From: Botryllus schlosseri
Lineage: Eukaryota
DNA length: 64,000 nt
Assembly: GCA_051294905.1 (NCBI GenBank)
Contig: CM119372.1
Span: 25,670,001-25,734,000 of the forward strand
Direction of reading: 5' to 3'
Position numbers and translations under genes: made by a program. Positions within the stretch are counted from its first letter, which is position 1, and every line of letters starts with the position of its first letter. The notes under the pieces are model-generated. The model did not search any database. It saw only the letters and a list, made by a program, of their open reading frames with translations, and was not told where the DNA came from. This document shows positions 14,601-26,998 of this stretch, piece after piece.

Positions 14601-15304
14601 GATGACCCACACACATGAATCATAAAGCCTTTCGAAATTGGCTAATATTTCGTTGTACTCCTTCAAAAAACAGCAGTGTTGACCTTTCTTCAATTTCCGC
14701 TCATTCCTTGTTATGTTCACATACCTTTGCACCACGTTTTCCCTCCTCCACGTGGCAGGACTCTGCGATTTTTTTCCTTAATTTGATATTTATATATGTG
14801 TGTAGGTAGACCTTATGCAGGTTTACACTTGGCTATACTCGCCTAACCATTCATCTAATTGGGCGTTCTGTCTTATATTATTTGCTTTTGAGGTAGTGTC
14901 AATCACTTTTTACTTATGTTGGCGGTTATAGGCGGACCATATGTTCTCAGGTTACAGTCTTTAACATATCCCTGTCATCTCTATTGCTTTGAAGCTTGAA
15001 TGTTGTAATCGAACCAGTGATTTAGGCGTATAAATTTACTTTGAAGGACAATACAAAATATAGGCTGAATATAACTTGATTTCGAATTTGAATAGATTCA
15101 GTTCTAGAGCAGAAGACAACATCTGGTTACATGTTGGTATGTCAGTCTCTCATCAAGTGTGTTGGTGTTTGTATATCAGATGTTTTGGTATCTTCGTTAA
15201 TAGAACAAAAATGAACTGAACTTATCTAAACGCAATCGTAAAGGAGTATGGATGTTGCGTGTTCCATTCCGTCACGAAGTTTACAGCTGTAGATGCATCT
15301 ATGT

Positions 15305-16219
15305 CAGGGGTGGGCAAACTGCTGCTCTTTGAGCATTATGTGACCGCTCTTTAATGATTGTACATGAGTTTCGCCATTTTGCTAGGCAGGTTTAACATGA
15401 TTATAAATCGATGCATTATATCACGTATTAACAATATGCGTATTGTTTTCGTGTTGTTTCTTTCCTTATGGTTTACCTAAAACTTGTAAAATTTAGGGGA
15501 AGGTGGCATTACAGGGTTAGAACTTTGCAATTGAACTCTCGAATCGAATTCACATAAACGTTTCAGCAGCAACAATGGCGCATAGTTATCAATCAATGTT
15601 AAATTAATGTGTCCAACAATGAACTTGATAATTAATCACGATAGCAATAATTTCTGGACTAATAATGGGGTATTGATGGCTCTTCCATTTGAATTGTAAA
15701 AGCTAACGATAACTGCAGGATTTGGCCAAGAAAATGTCGTTGAGCGATAATTGCAAGAAAAGAAAGTATATGAACAGGAAATTAGAACTTCTAAAACAGA
15801 ATGAGAGGAAGAATTTGCATTCAGTGATAATGGAGGTAAGCCACTGTGCTTTATCTGTCAAGATTATCTCAATAAGTACAAAATTAGTTATACTTGAAAC
15901 GTCATTACGAATCCAACAACCAAACTTTACCACGAGTTATTCAACGAAGACAGATTTACGGAGTAATAAGATAACCGAGCTCAAGTTTCCTTTAAATGTT
16001 CTTAAAGGAACTGCTCCGCACTGCTTTGACGTCATATCAGCCTGAGTTCAAACACCTTGCAGCCTAGGTGGAGTTGCACCGCATCAGCACACAATAATAA
16101 ACCGCATTCGACAGCCTACATTACATTGTAACGAAATAAATTTGTATTTTTAAATTTTTGGGTTGTGGCTCTTTTATAACTAAGATATTTGATGTATGAA
16201 GCATGTTTGCCCACCCCTG
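15305..16219 (+). mobile_element. hAT Buster/SPIN-like deletion derivative with N-terminal transposase remnant
   Basis: TIR CAGGGGTGGGCAAAC / GTTTGCCCACCCCTG; TSD ATCTATGT/ATCTATAT (7/8). Across frameshifts, 15734-15990 reads KKRKY..IRTSKTE*EEEFAFSDNGGKPLCFICQ...LKRHYE...LRSNKITELK, like the zinc-finger N-terminus of Buster/GTF2IRD2-type transposases. Confidence 0.88.
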
Positions 16220-18834
16220 ATCTATATTGTAGTATGATTATATCGCATAAAGCCTATTAGTTGAGTTTAACTTGGTGCAAACTGAGATCTAATTCCGTAT
16301 TCTTTTCGTACATTTTGAGGAAACAACGTTTCATTGAATGGTATTGAAGTTCTGTTGGCACATACACTTCGTCAATATCTTTGATCCGCAATTTCTTTCA
16401 AATAATATGTCGCTAATAGAATGGCCGAATTTGTATATTCGTGTTTGACACTGCATCGCTTACTCGCGTTATATGTTCTCAATGCTCCTGCGAACCGACG
16501 CGTATCGTTTGTACAATATTCTCACATCTTTTATTTGTTTTTGCACAATTCCGGGTTCTCGTATGTATTTAGCATATCGACTTAAACACACATCAGGGAA
16601 TCGATTCCCTTTTCATTTTGCGGCGCATTCATGTCTACAATAGGAAATGACACCTGCTTGGTGATATGTCTATATTTCGACCGATTATGTACCGCCTGCC
16701 ATGACTGCGTGACCCCTGATTTTATATGTGAATGTCATAGGAATCGATTTGCTTGAGGTTAGAGGCAGATTAAGGGCAGTGTGCGCAGCGGAGAATTGCA
16801 GGACTTGGAAAAACAATCAATTCCGAACCACTAAAAATGCGTTACTTCATTACAGTCGATCGATCACCAGTCGCTTACAGCTATTTATCGGACTTGGTCG
16901 TGCTTGGTAATGTGTATATCACAGCAATCCGCCAGACAGCTTATGCGCCTGTCCTTGATTCTGCACCCAGTGTTGGCGATTCGCACCTCCAGACGGGATC
17001 TGCTGTTTGAAGGTGATAGGACCAAGAGCACTCAAGAGCAGTCATTTTGCATATCACGTTGTTAATCGCATCGTTTGCAGCCTTTCAATAAAGTGTGGAT
17101 TTGGAGTATCACGGGCCTACATTCGACATGGGTATTGCGTGTCGGTGTGCAATTCGCAGAAATATCGATTCCAAATGTGTTTCTCAGCATGGACAATTGG
17201 ACAATGGACGTACTATGTGATGTTACTACTCACATAGTTATGGCTGAGAATATCCGAAAGATCCACGAAAGAAAAGGTATCCAAAGCCTAGTGGATGAAA
17301 GTGAAATACGGGGATTCGTGGATATGAACTTGAAAACATTGCTAATGACATGGAACTTATACAATAGCTGTGTTGCTGGCCGTTAACATCGATCCTTTTC
17401 CAATCATTCAGACTCCGTTGAACAGCGACTTATAGGTCTACCTACGTATCAAGGGCGAAAGACTAACCTGTAGCGATTCATCAACCAAATTTAGGATTGC
17501 ATCAAAGATATTCATTAACCATGAGGATCAGATGTCGAGGCGATGTCATGTCGGAAATTGCGTATCGCCCATACATCCATATACTGTCACTGTCAATAAT
17601 ATTATTAATAATCCTGGACATTACAGCGGCGCTTGTAGCCGGTATAGACCTTATGCATAAAGACTTTGCATATTTCAGTATACTTGACTTTTGTATTCTT
17701 TCTTCAATGGCTTTCAACCGCTGTAATCGTTCTCTTCCCCCTTCAGACAATCTCTCTCGCGTACGTCCAATTTCGGGTCTCTGCTGCTGCCGAGTTATTT
17801 CAGCGTGGCTGACTGCGCGTTACGACGTGACCTTTTTCAGATACTGGTAGTACCGCGGGATCAGTTGTAAGGAGCCCAGATAAACTTCCGACAAATATAA
17901 GCTTGCCTGACAGGGGCTCGAACGAGCCGTCATTGTCCATTGGTGTCGTAGATCAGTCGTTTAACAGCAGGCGCCACTCGCTTATACCCGCCCTCGCCAT
18001 ACTGTTCCGGGAAACGGAACCCGGAGAATAGTGCGGGAGTTTGGGCGTGGATCATAATCTGGGTCTGGATTGGAGTTGACATTTTCTGGGTTGGGGCCGT
18101 ATTTTATGCGTAATTAGACCATAATTGTAAAACTACAATTTTCAGAAGTCGAAGCCGGAGTTTAAGATTTGCTGTCATATTTCAACGCCACTGACTAGCC
18201 TAGTTTTTATGGTGCGATCAGTTTGGTTTGTCAACACCCTTTTAAGTCGACTGCTTTTGATTAGGGTACGTATGCAACCGTACTTGGCGGTTACAGCTCA
18301 AACGTGTGTTTAGTATCAAGTCGGACACAAAAGAAAAGTTCTCATTTTCTAACAGGTGAAGAAATATAATTTCGGAAGTAGTGAGGTACTGAGTATAGCT
18401 CCTCGTACATGGCACTGTTCTATCGAATTCTAGTTCGTATTTTGACTCGCACGAACGCGCTTTCCTCTTGAACTAGACGGATATATATGCCATAAACCTA
18501 GGAAGTACAGCTAAACCAGGATATGTAAAGGCAATCAGTCGGCGGTGTACTATTTTATTACTATCGAAATAATATAACTTCTTATTTGTCATAGATTTCT
18601 GCAAATAATGCTATTATTTGTTCAACCTGGCTTCCGTCTGTTAGACTTGGAGCGTTTGGTATTGTACGAAATATCAAGCCTCTAAAATACTACATCATCC
18701 TTCTTGGAGCTATCCGTCTGATAAGAAGCTCACACGATTTAAAATCTCGGCGGTCACTGCTTTCAATACAGAGTGAACGGCGGACATAATGTACTGGACA
18801 GTGAATCGGATGTAATCGTTAACCTTCGGCTCCG

Positions 18835-19112
18835 GTTGTCGTTGTTGTTTGTGATATTCATGGCGTTTGTCGACTACAATGGTCATTTACACCAGGCCGA
18901 TATTCGTCAATTTTGATTCCGGAACTGCCGACTTGTAACACGGCCCACTTCTAGGCTTTTAGTAAGACACCGCTTACGCGGATGATATGGCGAGGAGGAG
19001 CCTAGATAAACCTCCAACACTTAGGTAGGAATTCTGGAGTCGACCTCGGTCGGACTAGAACCCACAGCCCATTGGTGTTGTAGCTGTGGATTATACCACT
19101 TCGACTACGGTT
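18835..19112 (-). mobile_element. tRNA-derived SINE, most complete copy in the window (~275 bp)
   Basis: On the minus strand: A-box-like TAGTCGAAGTGG, B-box-like GGTTCTAGTCC and a (CAA)n tail. Homologous pieces at 10180-10230, 19200-19382, 27844-27896 + 34987-35751, 38810-38993 + 42121-42210, 59196-59312 and 62308-62525. Confidence 0.82.
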
Positions 19113-19199
19113 GGTTTCAAGTGTGCCTGAAAATACTCGGGCACTGTTGAAATTTTATTTCGAGGTTGAATTACTTCTAAGAAACGTTGTGTGTACATT

Positions 19200-19382
19200 T
19201 TTTTGTTTTTTGTTTTGTTGTTGTTTTGTTTGAGGTATTCATGGTGTTTGCCGACTATACTGTGGTCATTTACACCAGTTCAATTTTTTTCATGTTTATT
19301 CTGTAACTGCCGAATGTTTAGCACAGCCCACTTCTAGGCTTTTATAATACACCGCGTACACGGATGATATGGCGAGGAGGAG
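19200..19382 (-). mobile_element. 5'-truncated copy of the same SINE
   Basis: Aligns to 18835-19000; has an A/CAA-rich tail on the minus strand. Confidence 0.8.
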
Positions 19383-22065
19383 TTGTGTGTACTGTTCTAT
19401 CATAAACTTGTATATACGTACTGTACGTCTGGTGTCAGTAGACCCTCGTTGTACCGTTGGGTCACATGATCTGTTGTCCCGCCTTTTTCGTTCCTTTGTC
19501 ATTAAAATCCATTTGTGATATATCTTTGAATAATTGATGCGTATAAGGTATAACTATATGTTTAAATATTGTTACAAAGTAACTGACAGATGCATCGACC
19601 ACGGAAGCATAATATTTAGCGTGGGAAAGCCGCCATCACCGGTAACTATCCTTTTAATCCTACTCCAGAATTCCATGAGGATCCCATCGCGCGGTTATTT
19701 CAACAAAGCCACATTTGTGACCAACTATCCCGTTGGCGTGTGTTATTACGGAATATAACATGATAGAGCTATTCACCGAAAGTAAGTTCTTTTGTTGCGA
19801 ATGATCCGTGAAGTATTATTGAGTTATTACCCGTTCCATTCGGTTATCTACTTATTTACCTGGAACCGGTGTATATAATGTTCGAATGTGGCTAGTGTTG
19901 TAACAGTTGAATTTGCGACGTCGTATTTCGCGCGTTGTGTGAACCTGTAAATTGAAACAAAATGGAGGAAGCCGTATGCGCCTCGGGGAATAGACTATGT
20001 CAATGTTAACTCATTTGATTTGCATACTGCTCCTTCATCATGTATATAATCCAGATAAGTAATTGTGCGTGCAGTAGTTCAGTGATTTCTGCGAGTGTGG
20101 GTTTTACAAAATCACGCAGGCTGTGAAAGCAGGAACTCAAAATGTGGAGTCGTAGTCATGAGCTTTAGGGACTTGTATTTGGTGTGTATTCATTTCGTGT
20201 GACTCGATTCAACGTGGCTCGACTGCAAAGCAGGTATCATCCAACTCCAAAAGGGAATGGAGAAAACATTGTCAAAGAAGCCTCCACAGTCCACATTAAG
20301 GAGGAAATCAAAATTTACGCCGCATCGCAATGAATGGTTTGCGCAATTCCGGCACACCTGCTTGTTTCGTTTCCCGCCCGTTTCTCGCGTTACGCGCGGA
20401 TTAACTACAAAAGCGAACAAGTTATTGAAATAATGTCTTTTCTTTGCCAAGCTGGCAAATTAATGCTTACGTGACCTGTGGGCACGCTCTCATCGCATCT
20501 TTGGTATAGTATCGCTGAGCTACCTAGATAGATGTTATAGATAATTATTACGGTCGTGTAGATGTATAGAGCATTCGCCAGCCTTGAGCGTGAAAAGACT
20601 CGTGGATTCAGCCTGATCTTTACAAGATCGTGTTTGAGATTGCATTCTTGCTGGTCGGCATTGATGCTAACATGTTTCTAACACTGTCTGGTAAAGATAT
20701 GGCTTTATTTGACTTTCATCTTTTCGGTTCACCAAGTCTGCTCGTCAAAGGTACAGCAAGATTCTGCACATGTACTAGTTCAGTGCAATTTCTGTCGGGA
20801 TATGCCCTTGGTATGAAACTAATAAAGCCCTAAAATGGTCGATATAGGTTCTTAAGGATGGCTTACCCACGCACAACGCTATCTGTATAAGTCATGTGTG
20901 TTTGAGTCACTATCAGAGGTCGGGTTAAATTAGCTGCATGTGTTCAAATCTACAGTCTCACAGGTGAAATTGAAATGCTCACTCATAGATCTACTAAAAC
21001 TTATTTTAATCAAACTCAATAAAAAACAGTAATTGTAGACGTATCGATTAAGATGGAATAAGTTTTTATCGAACAATCGTTATAGGATATGCTTGATCAC
21101 ATCGTTTTACGAATGAGTGCAGTGGCGCAACAGTGTAAGTATAGCAACAGCTATAACATTCTGCACATTACACGTTGTATAATAGCACAGGTAAAGTTAT
21201 TCGCTCTCAAAATAATAAAGGTGTAGCCATCCCTAAACCCAATCAATCGATTATTATTGAGCTAAAATGACATAAAATAGCGTACAGAGTATTAATCAAA
21301 TTATACGCAATATTAGTTGCTATCCTAATATACTAAATTGTAAACGATAACATGTATGCTGTTCTCATTTGGCAAAAATCGCTTCATTCTCCATATTATC
21401 AAATTATGCGCAAATTAACGATGATGCGGTGATGCCGGAATCCTGATTGAATGACGAGGCCATTTTAATCCCACTTTAATCTACGGTGATAGGCGATACA
21501 TGGTGGCTGACATGATTTAATCCGTATCACGGATCTTAAAAAAAGAATCATGTTCGCCATGCTTGGGTATGTATGAGTAAGAAGTGACCAGTAATGTTGA
21601 CGAAAGTTTTTTTTCGCAGTGTTCGGAGCATTACAGTCCATTTCTCCGAATCGAGTACGATATTTCAGAAAAACTTATCACGCGGCATTGCGGCTGTGAT
21701 CGGCAATTTGTCAGTCGCCGGCTCGGAGATGGAACAAACTGGTTTGGTAAGGCCCGAATCACAAAACTGAACCGGGCGGTTGAAACTCCTGCCTGATTGG
21801 AACAAGATAAAGTATGCGCGTTAGTTAAGATTTCTGCAGCAACCAAGCATAATGGGGTTTCAAATCACGCTTCAAAACGTTCCGAAAACCCAAATCCAAG
21901 CTCTTAAACTACTTTGTCGTGGAACCCGTGAAATATATGTGACTGTTCGCTGTCCTGTATGGATGCATGATTGATCGTGTTCACCATTCAAGGACCGGAT
22001 GCACCACAAAATATCTAAAAGTTACACGGTTTTCATTAAGTTGTAGAAATTATCAACTCATAATC

Positions 22066-23025
22066 TAGGGATGGTGTGAACGTGAGGTTCACGTTCGCGT
22101 TCTGTGTGTGAACCTCAGAAATTAAGAGGTTCACGTTCACAAACGAACCTTGGTAGGTTCTGCACTGTGAACCTTTTTCATATATTACAATTTTAACTTC
22201 ATCATAACATCTTTGGTTGAAATCTATTGCATTTCAACTGCGGACCACTCCATGCAAGGCGCTGGCAGCTTAAAAAAATCAACACCAAACGAGTATGCAC
22301 CATTACAATCTCAAAAATTTACTTACAAATGTTTGTTCGAAATATCCAGCTTTTCGTTTGTGAATATTTAGTGACACTCTGCTGCGAGCTTGACCCACAA
22401 TCACGCAACATCAAGAGCGAAATACACTACATGTAGTCAGCGAATGATGCTTATTCAAGCAATCAATGAAGTAGGGTCAATCTTGACTTCATATGTTTAT
22501 TGTATCATAAAAGCCAATCCGTGCGATTGGGGTGTTGGCTACTGCTATATAACTTGGTAATGGGGTAACATCGGTATCAAGTATAGAAATCCGTTTGACA
22601 CGCTGCTCAATATCAACGTAGCAATACTCAGACGGTGAATACATTTTCCGGTCTGGCCTAGACCGTTTAGGCATAAGCTTTTGTTCCCTTGCAAGTCCTC
22701 GTCGAAATTGTTGGCAAAGGGACAAAAGATATTGATGTTATGGGATTATTATATCATTTGATTGTCCCAGTTGATACATTTGGCGACGTTTAAAACGTCG
22801 ATATGTACTTCAGCATTGTGGCATTATTCGTCCCGAGTCGTCGCTATAGTATGTATCGTGTACTGTACATTGATATCAGCTATCACTTCACTGAAATGTA
22901 GGGTTCGAATTAGCAATATAACGTCACGTGACGTCATGAGGTTCACGTTCGCGTTCACACAGAACCTTTCTAAAAGGTTCGCGTTCACACGAACCTGAAC
23001 TTTTCAGGGGTTCACACCATTCCTA
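22066..23025 (+). mobile_element. hAT MITE, TAGGGATGGTGTGAAC family (copy 1, 960 bp, uninterrupted)
   Basis: TIR TAGGGATGGTGTGAAC / GTTCACACCATTCCTA; GGTTCAC subterminal repeats; TSD degenerate here but clear in other copies. Confidence 0.88.
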
Positions 23026-24319
23026 ATAATTACATTAACGGTCCTGAATACCGCAAAATTACCTGGAGAAATCGGGTTCAATTATAATATAATATAATAT
23101 AATTATTATAATAATTACACAAACAATTACATGCATAATATTTTCCCAAAAATTGTTTCGTAATACTCCGTGGAGCGGCAGTTTCGGAAAATAACTTTTG
23201 CTGGCATGTCTTGTATGGAATATCATTTCATTTTTAACATTGATGATGTTTATTTATGACTTGCAACCAGAGGTAGTGAAAGCAGTTAGGATTTCCACTG
23301 AAGTCAAAGTATAAATAACGCCATACATTTCTATCAAATCACAAGTAGAAGTCGCGAGTGGCTATTTCCAACATGCTAAAATTATTTCAAGTTGATGTAG
23401 AATATGAAGGCTGTAAAAGGTATTCCATTAAGTAATTTGAAAAAGTAGATTTTAATGCGGATCGCATAATTTCAGAAATGATTGGGAGATTAATACTTTT
23501 GAAATTTAAAGATGCATCTACACGTGATTAACACAAAAAAAAATGCATCTAGAAACAGGTACAATCCACGGATATATATTTAGTTACGAGATACAGCCAT
23601 GCATGGGCTATATTTCATGCGGTTTATATGACAATATCACTTCTAGAAGTGATGCAAACTGGCCCCTCGTACTTTTCATATTCAAAGTGTAACGATCAAT
23701 AATAATCAATAACCGTCAGATTAGATTTTCATCTGATCAAGACAAACACAATGGTACCTATATTCTGCAACCACAAAAACTTCTGGTTCTACGGCCATTA
23801 ACAATAATTTAGAATCCTCTCGACCATGCCTATTTCATTGCACTTTGTGACAATGCTGTGGGTTGATCACGACTACAAACAAGCATATGCTATTTCCATC
23901 ACCGCGCGTAGCTTTGTACTACATTTTCCGCAGGCGATAGGATCGATCAAGGTTTTAAGGCTTCCACAATGGAAAATACTATAAAGCTATAATTAAAAAT
24001 GATAAATCATCTCTTAATGGCTAGGGGAATTGCGTTTCGCTATACATTCACTATTATAGTACCAAGTCGGTTTCATCGACACCGAATTCCAAGAAGATTA
24101 TAAGGTCACAGTAATTTCCTGGAATATCGTCCAAAGGTGATTTTTCGCAGTAGCGGAAACGCCAATGCGAAACCGTTGTATTTTCGTGACATAGAGAATA
24201 TAACAGTTTCACAGAGAATATATTGCAACTAGCTGTAGTCGCACTGTTTTATAACTTCAGATTCATAATAAGGTTCCCGGATTCCGTCGAGACCCGAATG
24301 ATGATTAAAAAATAATGCA

Positions 24320-24736
24320 CTAAACCCATCAGCGTCCGCGTTTACGATTAAATCTCTTGTCTTCCTCACAACGCATGGGCCAACGTCGCTTAACGACTTT
24401 ATCTAAGGGCGTACTCAATTTTATCAACTGATATAGTCGTGACCGGAAGAAGGTTAGAAACATACTGTTTTAATGGTGTATAACTCGATTCAATAGCCTT
24501 GTCTCGTATTTTTAGCAATTCCAAATAATTTCAAATAAAGGCGTAACCAGAATAGAGCCGCTATAACCCGTAATATGATGTGTTATGTGTGGGCTTGATA
24601 ATGAAGTATTCCAGTAAAAAAACAAAAATATGGATTTTTAGGTTACATTTTGACATTATTTAACCGGTCCGACCGGCAGGCGATCAAAATGTTTAAATCC
24701 GGCCCGCGACCCAAATTGACTTTGACCGCACCTTTG
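24320..24736 (+). mobile_element. Right-hand fragment related to the hAT element at 44128-44899
   Basis: Shares TTCCTCACAACGCAT and the terminal GTCCGACC...ATCCGGCCCG...TTGA.TTTGAC segment with 44550-44899. Confidence 0.6.
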
Positions 24737-26095
24737 CCGCGAGACTGTTGCGAGTAACAGTGCCCAAACATCGATCGTTTAGAAGTCGGCAAAAGATTTG
24801 ACAAGATAAACACTGCTTAATGCCTCGGTAGGTGGATCAAAATAAATGTGCTTATACGTCAAACAAAACCGATGTCGAGTTAAAATAAATCCTTTACTTC
24901 TTCTCTTCCCTGGGGCACAAATTAGCAAGCATGGCTGAACATGAACACTTTACTACGGCAGATCAACATATATCACCGATAAACTACATTTTTCGATTGT
25001 AAATGACGCAATATCCGACTATCGCCCAAATACCAGCGCATCTAATATCACCCATTCAAATGTGTGAGTCCATGTTGATCCGACGGTTCTCACCACACCC
25101 AAAAATGATATCGGATACGACCGTTCACTCACTTTAAATTGGAATGATTCGCTTACAGCGTGCTGCCTCGATTCGTGAATAAGAACTAACAGCGTTTCCA
25201 CTCGTGGTTAGTGACAAAACACAGGTTTCGCCAACTGAATTAAGATCGATTGACAGGAAATACACTAGATATGAAATGTGGGCTATGGGGTAAGTCGTAA
25301 ATTATGAAGGGCATGCATTGATTAAGACCACCAAGGCTACAAAAGACTCGGCAAATGACAAATTAATCACATTTCTACAATCTCTAGAAATCTGACCGCA
25401 GTACCATTTCACGTTAGCTTAAAACTAAAACCAAATCTGGTGAACATAATATCCATTGAATTAAATAATCCATTTGCCTACATTCAAGTCGAATGAGGGA
25501 TAGCCTATATTTAGATATGGAAGGATGATACTTCGATGACGATGAAATGAAAAATACCGTATTCGAAGGGAGGGGACGCTCCCTAAAAATTTCGGCTTTA
25601 TGACCTCATTCATATTCATGACGTCAAGTCATTATTACAAAAATGTGATCCCCAAAATCTTTATATCCTGGCTAAGGACCAGGGACATATAAAATCTATA
25701 TCCTAAGCCCTAAGGGTATACCTGTGGTAATCATTGAATAATTGGTCCAGTCATTTACTTATACATCCCGCTTCATATATATGCAGATTTGCTCACTCGA
25801 ATGTGGGTTAGATTTATAATTTGAGCTCCTGGGACTAGATGGTCGGGCTCGGCCTGAAAAAAGGCAATTTGGTAAGATTGAATGCTGATCCGGTTTATTT
25901 CGGTAGTACTACGATATCGTGGTCAGAATAAACATTTGCTCATTTGCACACTGCGAGTTGTGACATGGTAAAAAGTTTAACATGGACTCCTAAACATGAT
26001 ACAATACACCCCTTACCACACCTCGCGATTGCATATCTATAAAAGGCGTCAGCAATCTTTAACTTGTCCTCGAGATAATATATATTATTCTATAC

Positions 26096-26998
26096 CATTA
26101 TGGTTCTGAACCGGTGTTCCACGGAACATCAAGGCTTCCGCGAGCCAGTCTTATGACTTCCACGGGAGGTGAAGACACACAAAACTCCTACATATAATTT
26201 GAGATGGCACGCCATTATTGGTTGTAGGACATTAGGCGCGATCAGTAGCTGAATTGTGAATGCCGTGAATGCCGTGAACTTATACCATGTGCACTGTGCA
26301 TTGCCGCACGCAGGGGCGGTTTGGTTTTAAAATTGAAACCTTCTCCTTTTTAAATGAGGATTAAATTTCCAACATTTATTGCATCGGTGCTGAGCAGGTG
26401 TTTCATGGAACTCGAGGGATTCCCTGATGCAATCCCAGGGGTTCCCTGGTGGTTAAGACACACACCCAGTTCCTACATATGATGTGAGATGGTACGCCCG
26501 TCTTGGCCATCTTGGCCGACTGTTGTGGCGGTACGTGGCGTGCAATACTGCAATGGCGTACGCAGCGACGGTTTGGATTCAAAATCGAGGCCCAACCGTT
26601 CTGAAGTGCAAGTTATATCTCCAATATATATAAGTTCATTTTTAATCAAGCAATTGGTATCACGTTCGCGCTTCGACCAAACAATACGATGACACTTTCC
26701 AAGATGAAGCCTCGTATTTCTGAACTGGTATCTGTAAGAAACATCAGATTTGCGATGAATATTAATTATGATGTTTTCATTTTGTGTGCAAATCATATTT
26801 TAATGGCTTTGCTGTTTTAACCCTTTGTGGATTCACAGTTTGCGCACCAGCAATCTATATAGTAATGCATTAGATGTGTAGTTCGATATGTATTGTGGTA
26901 GATTTATGTTTTTACGAGTCAGCGAATGTTTGGGGTTTCGCGAAGACTTGCAGAGTAGCATAAGTGTTCCACTGGTTGGCCAAGGTGAAGAATCATTG
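26096..26998 (+). mobile_element. Old hAT Charlie-like derivative with transposase C-terminal remnant
   Basis: Degenerate TIRs (CATTATGGTTCTGAACC / GGTGAAGAATCATTG); TSD TTCTATAC/TGCTATAC (7/8). 26692-26745 reads TLSKMKPRISELVS, resembling the Charlie/Buster C-terminus. Confidence 0.7.

Noticed and set aside
19050..19112. Possible tRNA gene (also about 61520-61590)
   Set aside because: Only A/B-box remnants fused to SINE bodies; no complete cloverleaf seen.
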